Shown here in pieces: positions 1 through 8,503 of a stretch of DNA of 32,000 nt. A program made the translations under genes and the position numbers. The number at the start of each line of letters is the position of its first letter. Positions within the stretch are counted from its first letter, which is position 1. This stretch comes from Wolbachia endosymbiont strain TRS of Brugia malayi (GTDB lineage Bacteria; Pseudomonadota; Alphaproteobacteria; Rickettsiales; Anaplasmataceae): the NCBI RefSeq assembly GCF_000008385.1, contig NC_006833.1, forward strand, positions 180,001 to 212,000. The letters are read 5' to 3'. A model generated the notes under the pieces. It made no database searches. It was not told the DNA's origin and was given only the letters and a program-made list of their open reading frames with translations.

Positions 1-1102
1 CTTTTGCCTTCTTACCGAGCTCTGATATCACACGCTTAGTGAGGGATTTTCTGATTTGCTCAACAACACGATTATTCTGCAGTGTTTCTCTGCTGATATT
101 AAGGGGCAAATCTGGTGAATCGACAACACCTTTCAAGAAACGTAAGTATTGTGGTATGATTTGTACATTATCTTCAGTAATAAACACCTTATTTACATAT
201 AATTTTACAGAGCAACGTCTATCTGGGTGAAACAAATCGAAGGGTTTAATAGAGGGAACATAAAGCAAATTTGTATATTCTATCGCCCCTTCATTTTTAT
301 TATGCAATATCATCCAAGGCTCTCCGCCAACATGTGCAACACCACGGAAAAAATCATTATGCTCCTCTTGAGTAACGTCATTTTTTAGCTTAGTCCAAAT
401 TGCAGCCTTGCTGTTTAGTTTTTCACTTTTTCCTTCTTCATCTATAAATTCAACAGGAAAATTTATGTGATCCGAATAGGTAGTAACAATGTTTTCAATG
501 CGAAATTTGTCTAAAAACTCATTCTCTTCAGGACGCATAACCAAGGTAATTTTCGTTCCACAAGGGATTTGATTATCCAACTTACTGATTGAATATTCTC
601 CATCTCCTGTAGATCTCCAGACCCAAGATTCCTCTTCCCCTGCCTTTCGAGATTCAACTATCACCTCTGAGGCAACCATGAAGCTTGAGTAAAACCCGAC
701 ACCAAATTTTCCGATCAGTTCTACAGCTTGGCTTGAATCTTTGCTATTCTTAATTGCATCCAAGAACTTTTGCGTACCAGAGCTCGCAATTGTACCGAGA
801 TTACCTATTAAATCCTGTCTGCTCATCCCTATTCCATTGTCGGTTACATACAGCTCATTCTCATCTTTGTTAGAGCTAATAGTGATTTTTAACTCACCAC
901 TTGAATCTAGCAAATTAGGGTTTAGTTGAGATTCATAGCGCAATTTATCGCATGCATCTGATGCATTTGATACCAACTCACGCAGAAAAATATCTTTATT
1001 AGTATAAAGTGAATGAATTACTATATTCAGTACTTTTCCTACCTCAGCATCAAATTTTAAATTTTCAGTTCCTTTTACATTATGCATTTTGAGCTCCATC
1101 AT
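1..1102 (-). CDS. htpG: Molecular chaperone HtpG (Hsp90 family), N-terminal ~366 codons; the C-terminus lies beyond the left window edge
   Basis: The minus-strand frame is open from position 1 up to ATG ATG at 1102/1099, with an in-frame TAG immediately upstream. Translation is [57 protein letters not shown]...VTDNGIGM...[11 protein letters not shown]..., the GHKL ATPase motifs of Hsp90/HtpG. It is absent from the ORF track only because it is open at the window edge. Confidence 0.93.
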   Translation of the reverse strand, partial: MMELKMHNVKGTENLKFDAEVGKVLNIVIHSLYTNKDIFLRELVSNASDACDKLRYESQLNPNLLDSSGELKITISSNKDENELYVTDNGIGMSRQDLIGNLGTIASSGTQKFLDAIKNSKDSSQAVELIGKFGVGFYSSFMVASEVIVESRKAGEEESWVWRSTGDGEYSISKLDNQIPCGTKITLVMRPEENEFLDKFRIENIVTTYSDHINFPVEFIDEEGKSEKLNSKAAIWTKLKNDVTQEEHNDFFRGVAHVGGEPWMILHNKNEGAIEYTNLLYVPSIKPFDLFHPDRRCSVKLYVNKVFITEDNVQIIPQYLRFLKGVVDSPDLPLNISRETLQNNRVVEQIRKSLTKRVISELGKKAK

Positions 1103-1120
1103 TTGCCTACTACCCTAATG

Positions 1121-1149
1121 ATTTAAGTATTGAACTATGACCTTTCAAG
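1121..1149 (-). promoter_or_regulatory. Candidate RpoH (sigma-32)-type heat-shock promoter of htpG
   Basis: The minus strand reads CCTTGAAAggtcatagttcaataCTTAAAT, i.e. CTTG-N18-CTTAAAT. It ends 18 nt before the htpG ATG. It resembles the heat-shock consensus as I recall it (E. coli CTTGAAA-N13-14-CCCCATNT; alphaproteobacterial CTTG-N17-18-CYTATNT). htpG is a classical sigma-32 regulon member. This is a motif match only. Confidence 0.35.
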
Positions 1150-1244
1150 GTCACATACACCAAAATTAATGCAGCTATAATTATTGTGATACCCAATCTA
1201 TAGAATTTCCTTGCATAACAAACTTGCGGCAGCACGTTAAAAAA

Positions 1245-1535
1245 ACTACTTGACAAACCTCGCTAGCCCCCTTATCCCGATACTGGAGGTATTAAGTTAC
1301 CTTCAATCTGTGCAGATTAAAATAATAAAGTGTTATATAGTTAGCATCTTATGTTTAATTTTTTGCACTATATGTACCTTATGTCTTCACAATATTTCTA
1401 ATTTTTTACCTATATAAGTTGAAACTCGCTTATAAAGCGTTTAGGACAGTATAATATACTAATTTGCAGGATTAGAGAGTAAATACTATCACCATAATAT
1501 ATCTTTTGCCTTTTTTTTGCCTAGTAAATTTCTAA
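1245..1535 (+). repeat. Intergenic repeat element, copy A (~290 bp); candidate sRNA gene or MITE-like element
   Basis: It aligns by eye along its whole length with 30512-30803 (most positions identical) and more loosely with 16169-16445. Shared blocks include ACTACTTGACAA, GCAGATTAAA, CTTATGTTTAATTTTTTG, ACTATATGTAC, TTACCTATATAAG, GGATTAGAGAGTAAA and a T-rich tail followed by AGTAAATTTCT. No conserved ORF is present. Confidence 0.85.
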
Positions 1536-1910
1536 AACATTTATGACTAAAGGTTAGTTGCAATAAAAAACAACTAAGTCGCGATTACTAAGTATTTAAA
1601 ACATAAAAAAACGCTAGTGTTTTTAAATAGATATTAACTAGGGCTTCTTTTGTCTTTTTCTTACTTGGTGGATTTCTTAAATATTTGTAGCTGAAGCGAT
1701 TCAAGAGCACGCGACTTAATGTCAAGCCTTTAGTTCAAGTTATGCAAGAAATCTGTTGTATAATTAAGTACTTTTTTAAATTGTAAAGGTAGGTTATCTT
1801 TATATGGCTTGTATCTAATTCGTTTACTTTAGGAGTGTTAATAGAAGTTATCACGGATTCTCAAGTTTTGTTACCTGCTCTAATCCTTTACTTATGCTTT
1901 AATCTTGACT

Positions 1911-2880
1911 TCAAATTTTATTGAAGTGCTTGCTCCGCTGATAGCCATTTACTACATCAATTTTTAAACCAGGACTTCCGTAACTAAAAGATTCACCAGG
2001 TTGAACATTATATTTTTTACTATTGATATTTAAGTTGACCACATTGACAATATTAAAGAGAGGTTATACTTTGCTGCAGGTTTTACTTTATCTCAAGGTT
2101 ATTGTATGCAACATTAATGTTAAGAGCTTTATCTTGATAATAAAAAGCCTCTCCTGGTCCTAAATTGAATTCCTTTCCTTTTATACTTATGAAATAACTC
2201 TGATCCATACTCTTTTGTTGCACTTCATTATTTGACATATCTCTTTGAATACCTTCTTTCATGCCACGAGCATTCTCTACACTCCTTTCATCTTCACCTA
2301 AAAGTGTTTTTCTAATACTCTCTTAACAAAGCGCTTCAGAAGACTCAAAAACCCTTCTTTCTTTTTGATTTTCTTGTGGCTGAGGCACACTATCCCCTTC
2401 TCACTCGACTTAGGTTTATTGCTGGATTTCTTTTCTGTAGAACCTTTACCTATTGAAAAACTAACAGCTTGTGATTTAGGCTTTTGTGAGGTTCGAACTC
2501 CCGTATTTACTGATGACTGTGTCTCTGTTTGCACAGAAGTCTCTTTTTGTCTACTTTGCTCAAAGTCTTTACCTTCTATTGTGGCCTTCTTCGGAGTGTC
2601 TTGGAGATTCTCTGTTACTTTTTGGTCATGCAACTTTTCCACTTCTGAAAATACCCTTGCCTTTACACTGGTGGTCAAGCTCAACAATCCTTTCAAAACC
2701 TTGATGTACTTTTTCAGCTGAATGGCTCTTTCGACTTTCAAGCTTCTGATTCAATTCAGCAATGGTCTTTACTTTACCTTCTAATGAAGCTCCTTCTGGA
2801 AAAAAGGACCTGGAGAACACTTAAAAATATCTTTAAAATTTTTCCATACCCTTTTGAGACGTGTTTTTAACCTTAACCAT
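1911..2880 (-). pseudogene. Fragmented hypothetical gene (lysine/serine-rich middle, tandem ~45-50 aa C-terminal modules), broken by stops and frameshifts
   Basis: Minus-strand coding-like pieces sit in different frames: ATG at 2880 (MVKVKNTSQKGMEKF*), ORF 2626-2820, ORF 2298-2741, then MSNNEVQQKSMDQSYFISIKGKEFNLGPGEAFYYQDKALNINV... and ...VNLNINSKKYNVQPGESFSYGSPGLKIDV...NKI* ending at 1911. I recognise no family. Confidence 0.4.
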
Positions 2881-3052
2881 ATCTACCTACTAATAAAACA
2901 TATAATAACTAGTATAATAGCCCATTATGCAAAATGGTTAACACAACTTGCAATAAAGAGTGTTTCTTTCAAACCACCAAGGGCATCATATTTACATTTT
3001 TTTCATTAAAATGTTATTTACTTATTAACTTAAAATACGTAACAATGTAGAA

Positions 3053-3691
3053 ATGAAAAACAGCCCATTAGCAGTAGTATTCGATTGGGACAACACCTTA
3101 GTTGACACCCAAGACAATATTTTTAATGCCATCCAGCATACTTTAAACTCAATGGGGCATAGTAATAAAGCTGCTGATAGAAACTCCCATGAGTCAAGAA
3201 AAAGCTATATGGTCAATTTATTTGGCGATCAGTGGAAAAAAGCAAATCAGATATACCAACAATACTTAGATAATGCACTATTGCAAAACATTACTCTAAA
3301 TCAAGGAGTAGAGAAAATGTTGCAGACGTTAAAAAGCCACAATATTTATCTAGCAATAGTAAGTAATAAAAAAAATATTAATTTACGTGAAGAAGTTACC
3401 TATTTTAAACTAGATTCTTACTTTAAAAGAGTAGTTGGTTCATGCGATACCGCAGAAGATAAACCATCTGCAATCCCATTGTTGTTTGCACTAGAAGAGA
3501 GTAGATTGCCTATAGATAGAGAAAACGTGTTTTTCGTTGGTGACAGCATCACGGATATTCTGTGTGCACAAAACGCCAATTGTTTACCTATTATATATGG
3601 CCAACCAATAAGTGGTTATGAAGATTTGTTATGTTTTCAACATTTTGATAAACTTACAGATTTCATAATGAAGTATTTGAAAGATAGATAA
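3053..3691 (+). CDS. HAD-superfamily hydrolase (phosphoglycolate-phosphatase-like)
   Basis: A 212 aa ORF with the HAD motifs: motif I VVFDWDNTLVDT (DxDxT), motif II VSNK, and motif III/IV DKPS...FVGDSITD. Confidence 0.85.
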   Translation: MKNSPLAVVFDWDNTLVDTQDNIFNAIQHTLNSMGHSNKAADRNSHESRKSYMVNLFGDQWKKANQIYQQYLDNALLQNITLNQGVEKMLQTLKSHNIYLAIVSNKKNINLREEVTYFKLDSYFKRVVGSCDTAEDKPSAIPLLFALEESRLPIDRENVFFVGDSITDILCAQNANCLPIIYGQPISGYEDLLCFQHFDKLTDFIMKYLKDR

Positions 3692-4185
3692 TGAACTCTG
3701 TTATAGAGATTACCAGTATAAAAAGGCGCTTTTGTGCATATTTAATAGATATGGCAGTTTTATTAATTCCAAACTTATTGATTATAATATTGTTAAAGAA
3801 TTTTCCATTAATTTTAGATCTATTATATATGTGTGTAAATTGCAGTTACTTCACATATTTTATATCCTCAGCAGCTCAGGCAACTCCCGGTCAGCAATTA
3901 ATGAACATACATACCATAAGCCTAGACGGTTCTAAAATAAACTTGAGTTTAGCATTCGATAGAAGCATTTCTCAATTTTTTCTTCATCTATTAAACAACG
4001 TAATAGCTATCCTCATCGAGCTTTTCCAAGAACAAAACGAGTTAGTAAGTGCTTTAATCATACTGGGAGTAATTATGTTGCTACTCACTATCTGCTGGTA
4101 TTTGGTTGCTTGCTTCTCTCAGGAAAAACAGACATATCACGATATGCTATTTGATACGATTGTTGTGAAAGGAGCCATCAAATGA
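3691..4185 (+). CDS. RDD-family integral membrane protein
   Basis: A 164 aa ORF whose ATG overlaps the stop of the HAD gene (taATGa). It has an N-terminal RRFCAYLIDMAVLLIP (RDD-domain-like R..A..iD), several hydrophobic helices, and a C-terminal HDMLFDTIVV typical of RDD proteins. Confidence 0.7.
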   Translation: MNSVIEITSIKRRFCAYLIDMAVLLIPNLLIIILLKNFPLILDLLYMCVNCSYFTYFISSAAQATPGQQLMNIHTISLDGSKINLSLAFDRSISQFFLHLLNNVIAILIELFQEQNELVSALIILGVIMLLLTICWYLVACFSQEKQTYHDMLFDTIVVKGAIK

Positions 4186-4241
4186 ATTGATATCACCCTC
4201 ATTATTATATAGATTATACTGATAGATTAATTATAGAAGAT

Positions 4242-4735
4242 ATCAATAAAGGAGATAGTAAAGCATTTGAACAAATTACTAACCGGTGAGTTGACTTCTT
4301 CTGTGCGCCAGTATCTCCCGCATTCTTTAGTTCTCAAAGATCATGGGATTAATAAACTTGCAGAAAAGATGAAAAACGAACTTAATGAAGAACTTGAGCA
4401 CGCAAATAAGCTGGCAGAAAGAATTTTATTGCTTAAAGGTGTACTAAACTTTCAAGACACAAATGAGATCTCAAAGTATGATAGGAAATTCATAAAAGAT
4501 ACAATACGGAAAATCTTAGAAGATAACTTAAAATTAGAAAGAGAAGGAATAAAAGATTACAAGGAGGCAATCTCTGTAGCTGAAAAGGAAAGGGATTTTG
4601 TCAGTGCAATCTTATTAGAAGAGCCATTGAAAAATGAAGAAGAGCACTTCCCATTGGATTGAAGAGCAGATTAACCTCATTGAGCTTATAGGTGTTGAGA
4701 ATTACCTAAGAATGCAAACAAATATAGAGTGTTAA
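4242..4735 (+). pseudogene. bfr: Bacterioferritin, disrupted (apparent start-codon loss plus two +1 frame changes)
   Basis: Bfr-like sequence is split over three frames. Frame of 4242: (I)NKGDSKAFEQ. Frame of 4267: LNKLLTGELTSSVRQYLPHS...NEELEHANKLAERILLLKG...LKLEREGIKDY...LKNEEEHFPLD*. Frame of 4652: HWIEEQINLIELIGVENYLRMQTNIEC*. The expected initiator position reads ATC (4242-4244). Confidence 0.8.
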
Positions 4736-5352
4736 AAAAAATAATATTTATTTTAATTATACCTTGCTTACTTCTTTTTTTATTAGGGTTGTGGCAGTTG
4801 TTTAGGTTGAACTGGAAGAATAATATTATCCAAAATATGAGTCTTCCAGTTGTTCATTTATTGCCTAATAATGACCTTGCACAATTTAACTACAGGCATG
4901 TCAAAATTGACGGGATTCTAAGTGACATAGAACTATATGTCTTTGCAGGGCAGAGCGGCTATCATGCACTGTCTCCCATGCTACTCACTACTGGACGTTA
5001 TATGCTAGTGAACAAAGGAATAGTCAGAGAAAAAGAAGAGAAAAAAGCAAAAATTGCAAAAGTAGTCGCTGATGGAGTTTTATACTGTGATAGCAGTAAA
5101 AGCAAAAGTTGGTTAATTAAGAATGATATTGCTTTGAATACGTGGTTTACTCTAAGTACAGAAGAAATCTCCAACGAATTAGGTATTGAGCTAGAGAAGT
5201 GTATACTATGGCAGAAAGGTTTCAGCGGAAAATTAGCTATACAGCCAATGAAGCATCTGGAGTACGCGATAACTTGGTTTGCGCTTTCCTTGATTTGGTT
5301 AATTATGTGTATAGCTTATTATAGACAAAATAAATGCCATCTAAGTAGCTGA
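4729..5352 (+). CDS. SURF1-family cytochrome oxidase assembly protein
   Basis: A 207 aa ORF with a GTG start overlapping the ancestral bfr stop. It has an N-terminal TM segment followed by LGLWQLFRLNWKNNII (SURF1 signature LG.WQ..R..WK) and a C-terminal HLEYAITWFALSLIWLIM (HL.YA.TWF) in a second TM segment. Confidence 0.85.
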   Translation: MLKKIIFILIIPCLLLFLLGLWQLFRLNWKNNIIQNMSLPVVHLLPNNDLAQFNYRHVKIDGILSDIELYVFAGQSGYHALSPMLLTTGRYMLVNKGIVREKEEKKAKIAKVVADGVLYCDSSKSKSWLIKNDIALNTWFTLSTEEISNELGIELEKCILWQKGFSGKLAIQPMKHLEYAITWFALSLIWLIMCIAYYRQNKCHLSS

Positions 5353-5399
5353 TCTCACTTGGTTATAAACTGAGATAACAGAGAAGAATTAAAGAAATG

Positions 5400-7118
5400 T
5401 CATTCATCCATATCACTGCTAATGTCCTTTATCATACTATAATTACCTTTCCTAAACTTACTCTTTAAAGATGCAACTCCACTTTCACTAATTCCACTTA
5501 AGCTCAATGCTGCTCCACCTAATTGCAACCCCATCTCGGATGTCTCAGGAATAATCTTGCTAGCTCCCAGATCTTTATACACCTCTGCATTACTTAGATC
5601 CGGTAAACGTATTATAATATTTACATGTGGAAAATTTGTTGCAACCAAAGAAACAATCTTCTTTATAGTAACTTCGTTCTTTATTGAGATCACAAGAGCC
5701 TGGGCTCTTCCTATTCCTACTGATTTTAAAATTTCATATCTTGTAGCATCTCCAAGATATATAGGAAAGCTGTCACTCTTTCCTTCCTTAACTATTTTTG
5801 ATTGAATATCCACAACAACGTAACTTAAATGCTCCGCAGTAAGCATTTTTGTTACCATATATCCTACCCTACCAAACCCAGCAACTATTACATGGTTATA
5901 AAGATCTTGTGTATCTGTCTCAACAGCTTCATCATCTAGTATTACTTTTTCAGTGCTAAATGAATTTACTATCCAGTCTCCAAGTCCTGACAAAAGAGGA
6001 GTGAAAGCCATAGTTACCGTAGTCACCATCATAAGCACTTGAGCGATTTCGCTTGGTAACACATTTAATTCATCTGCTAAACGAAATAGAATAAATGCAA
6101 ACTCACCGCCTTGTGCAAGCAGCAACCCAGCTTGTATAGCAGGGGCACGCTTAAACCCAAAGAATCTACACAACATATATATGATAGATGTTTTTAAAAC
6201 TATCAGGATAATCGACAACAAAGTAATTAGTGGCAACTTATTGAGCAAAAGATCTATATTGATAGACATGCCAACAGTCATGAAAAATAAGCCGAGTAGC
6301 AAATCTTTAAACGGCAATACTGCATGTTCTACTGAGTGCCTATGCTCTGTTTCCGCAACTAATAATCCAGCAACAAATGCCCCTAACGCCATCGATAAAC
6401 GAAATTGCTCAGTAATAAATGCTGCCCCTAATATTATTAAAAGCGTAGTTGATATAAAGACCTCATTACTTTCCATTCTAGCAATAATCGAAAATAAAGG
6501 CCTAAGTAATAACCTACCAGTTATAAATATCATTACTAATGCAATAGCTGCTTGTAATAATGAACCTGTTAATGAACTTATCAGACTATTTTCAGAGTTA
6601 CCAGTAAGTAGAGGCACTAATACTATTAACGGTACCACTGCAAAATCTTGCATTAATAGCACTGCTATTGATAACCTACCAACTTGACTTGCTTGAGAAC
6701 CTTTTTCCTGCAGAACCTGTAATACTATTGCTGTTGAGGATAATGCAAGTCCGCCACCAATAACTGCTGCCATGTTTGTATTCACTCCAAAAGCAAGAGC
6801 AATGCACCATATTGCTACCATAGTGACTATAACTTGAAGGGAACCGAACCCAAATACATGAATGCGCATGGCAATAAGGCGTTCAAACGTCAATTCAAGA
6901 CCTATAATGAACAACAGAAACACTACGCCGAATTCTGCAAAGTTATCCATTGCCTTGGCTGAATGTATTAGATTAAAACCATGAGATCCAATCAATGCGC
7001 CTGCAACAAAGTAACCAAGCACTGGGCTGATATTCATTTTCCAAAATGCTATGACTATAAAGACAGCAGCGGAGAGTAAAATTATAATATCAAACAAATG
7101 CTGAGAACCGCTGTGCAT
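5400..7118 (-). CDS. Monovalent cation:proton antiporter-2 (CPA2) family, KefB/KefC-type K+ efflux protein with C-terminal TrkA-N domain
   Basis: A 572 aa ORF with about 12 hydrophobic segments typical of the Na+/H+-exchanger fold, then a Rossmann motif HVIVAGFGRVG (TrkA-N/KTN). Confidence 0.9.
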   Translation of the reverse strand: MHSGSQHLFDIIILLSAAVFIVIAFWKMNISPVLGYFVAGALIGSHGFNLIHSAKAMDNFAEFGVVFLLFIIGLELTFERLIAMRIHVFGFGSLQVIVTMVAIWCIALAFGVNTNMAAVIGGGLALSSTAIVLQVLQEKGSQASQVGRLSIAVLLMQDFAVVPLIVLVPLLTGNSENSLISSLTGSLLQAAIALVMIFITGRLLLRPLFSIIARMESNEVFISTTLLIILGAAFITEQFRLSMALGAFVAGLLVAETEHRHSVEHAVLPFKDLLLGLFFMTVGMSINIDLLLNKLPLITLLSIILIVLKTSIIYMLCRFFGFKRAPAIQAGLLLAQGGEFAFILFRLADELNVLPSEIAQVLMMVTTVTMAFTPLLSGLGDWIVNSFSTEKVILDDEAVETDTQDLYNHVIVAGFGRVGYMVTKMLTAEHLSYVVVDIQSKIVKEGKSDSFPIYLGDATRYEILKSVGIGRAQALVISIKNEVTIKKIVSLVATNFPHVNIIIRLPDLSNAEVYKDLGASKIIPETSEMGLQLGGAALSLSGISESGVASLKSKFRKGNYSMIKDISSDMDE

Positions 7119-7123
7119 GATAT

Positions 7124-7696
7124 TTAACCTGTAGAATTAGACCATTTAATTGAGCAACCAATACTTGATTTTTGGTTAATGGGAGAATTACCAGTTTCTG
7201 CAATAAATTTCATAGCTTGAAATAAATTACTACTCCCTATCTCATAGTTCTGGATTTTTTCTTTTTTTGCATCGTTAAAACGTCCACGATAGCAGAGATT
7301 TAAATTAGCATTAAAGCCAAAGAAGTCAGGAGTGCAAACAGCACCATACTCTTTAGCTACTTCCTGTTTACTGTCAATCAGATATGGAAATGTAAACTTA
7401 TTTTCCTTGGCAAAATTAATCATATTTTCAAAGGAATCTTCCGGGTATTCATTTACATCATTTGGCATTATTGCAATAGTATTCACCTGATAATCCTTTT
7501 TTAACAAATCAACATCACTTATCAAGTTACTAATAATTGATTGAACGTAGGGACAGTGGTTGCATATAAACATTACAATAAAACCATTTTTTCCACAACA
7601 ATCACTTAATGTATAGTATTTGTTATCCACCCCCAGAAGATTGAAATTCTTTGCAGTGAAGTTAAAATCTACCTTAGGAGTATTCAGAGTAACCAT
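7124..7696 (-). CDS. Thioredoxin-fold thiol-disulfide oxidoreductase (AhpC/TSA-redoxin-like)
   Basis: A 190 aa ORF lying 5 bp downstream of the antiporter gene on the same strand (likely an operon). It has the CxxC motif FICNHCPYV in a thioredoxin-fold context. Confidence 0.8.
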   Translation of the reverse strand: MVTLNTPKVDFNFTAKNFNLLGVDNKYYTLSDCCGKNGFIVMFICNHCPYVQSIISNLISDVDLLKKDYQVNTIAIMPNDVNEYPEDSFENMINFAKENKFTFPYLIDSKQEVAKEYGAVCTPDFFGFNANLNLCYRGRFNDAKKEKIQNYEIGSSNLFQAMKFIAETGNSPINQKSSIGCSIKWSNSTG

Positions 7697-7804
7697 AGCT
7701 TAGAGAATATTACAATCTATAATTTACGATCTTATTACTTAAATGTCAAACAGTTCCTGTGTATAATATTTGCGTCTCCTTTTTTAGTATTACAATTAAA
7801 ACTT

Positions 7805-8422
7805 ATGTTCATAACTTTTGAAGGAATAGACGGCTCTGGTAAAACAATACAGTCTGAGTTGCTTGCAAATTATTTTAAGCAAATTCACGGTGAAAACAAT
7901 ATGGTATTGACTCGAGAACCAGGTGGCACTGACTTTGCAGAAAAGGTAAGAGGGATACTGCTTAAGGACAGCATCGATCCCGTCTCTGAACTCTTGCTAC
8001 TCATCTCAATGAGATATGAGCATGTTAAAAAAGTAATACTGCCAGCTCTAAAAAAAGGAAAGATAGTGATTTGTGACCGGTTTATCGATTCAACTATTGC
8101 ATATCAAGGATACGGACTTGGTGTTGACCTAGAGCTAATACGAGACCTACACAAGTTAGTAAAAATTAAATACCCAGATACCACATTTATCCTAGATATT
8201 GATGTTCAAATTGGGCTGAGCAGAGCAATGGATAAAAACAAATATGAAGAGATGAACATTAGTTTTTACAATAAGGTTCGAAAAGGATTTCAAGAAATAG
8301 CTATAAATGAGCCTGATAGGTGTAGTATTATAACTGAAATTGAAGCTAAAGATAACAATCAAGTTCATGTTGAAATTGTCAACAAAGTCACTGCAACAAA
8401 GCCGGTTTTGCTAAGAAAATGA
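7805..8422 (+). CDS. tmk: Thymidylate kinase
   Basis: A 205 aa ORF. It has the P-loop MFITFEGIDGSGKT, TREPGGT, and DRFIDSTIAYQG (DRY/lid region) typical of Tmk. Confidence 0.93.
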   Translation: MFITFEGIDGSGKTIQSELLANYFKQIHGENNMVLTREPGGTDFAEKVRGILLKDSIDPVSELLLLISMRYEHVKKVILPALKKGKIVICDRFIDSTIAYQGYGLGVDLELIRDLHKLVKIKYPDTTFILDIDVQIGLSRAMDKNKYEEMNISFYNKVRKGFQEIAINEPDRCSIITEIEAKDNNQVHVEIVNKVTATKPVLLRK

Positions 8423-8503
8423 AAAGTAAGGCCAACTTCAACACCGTTTATAGAAAATAACCATCTGTCTACACTTAAGTCATTCTCCACACTTAAACTT
8501 TTC

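Noticed and set aside
39-929. Plus-strand ORFs 39-230 and 741-929
   Set aside because: They lie antisense inside the well-supported htpG coding frame, have low-complexity hydrophobic translations, and show no motifs.
1365-1415. Small ORF inside repeat copy A (MFNFLHYMYLMSSQYF) as a possible micro-peptide
   Set aside because: The reading frame, length and stop are not conserved. Copy C gives a different 23-aa tail and copy B lacks the ORF. The element therefore behaves as non-coding.
2490-2501. GGTTCGAACTCC, reminiscent of a tRNA T-arm/T-loop
   Set aside because: The flanking bases cannot form a T-stem (GAGG versus TCCC), and no acceptor or anticodon arms can be drawn. It lies inside coding-like pseudogene sequence. 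No tRNA is called anywhere in the window.
5352-5376. ATCTCA-N13-TGAGAT hairpin between the convergent SURF1 and antiporter genes as a bidirectional terminator
   Set aside because: It has only a 6-bp AT-rich stem with a 13-nt loop and no U-tract, which is too weak to call.
5557-6687. Plus-strand ORFs 5557-5805 and 6181-6687 (168 aa)
   Set aside because: They are antisense to the KefB-type antiporter gene. Long antisense ORFs are expected in AT-rich, codon-biased genes, and nothing here is family-like.
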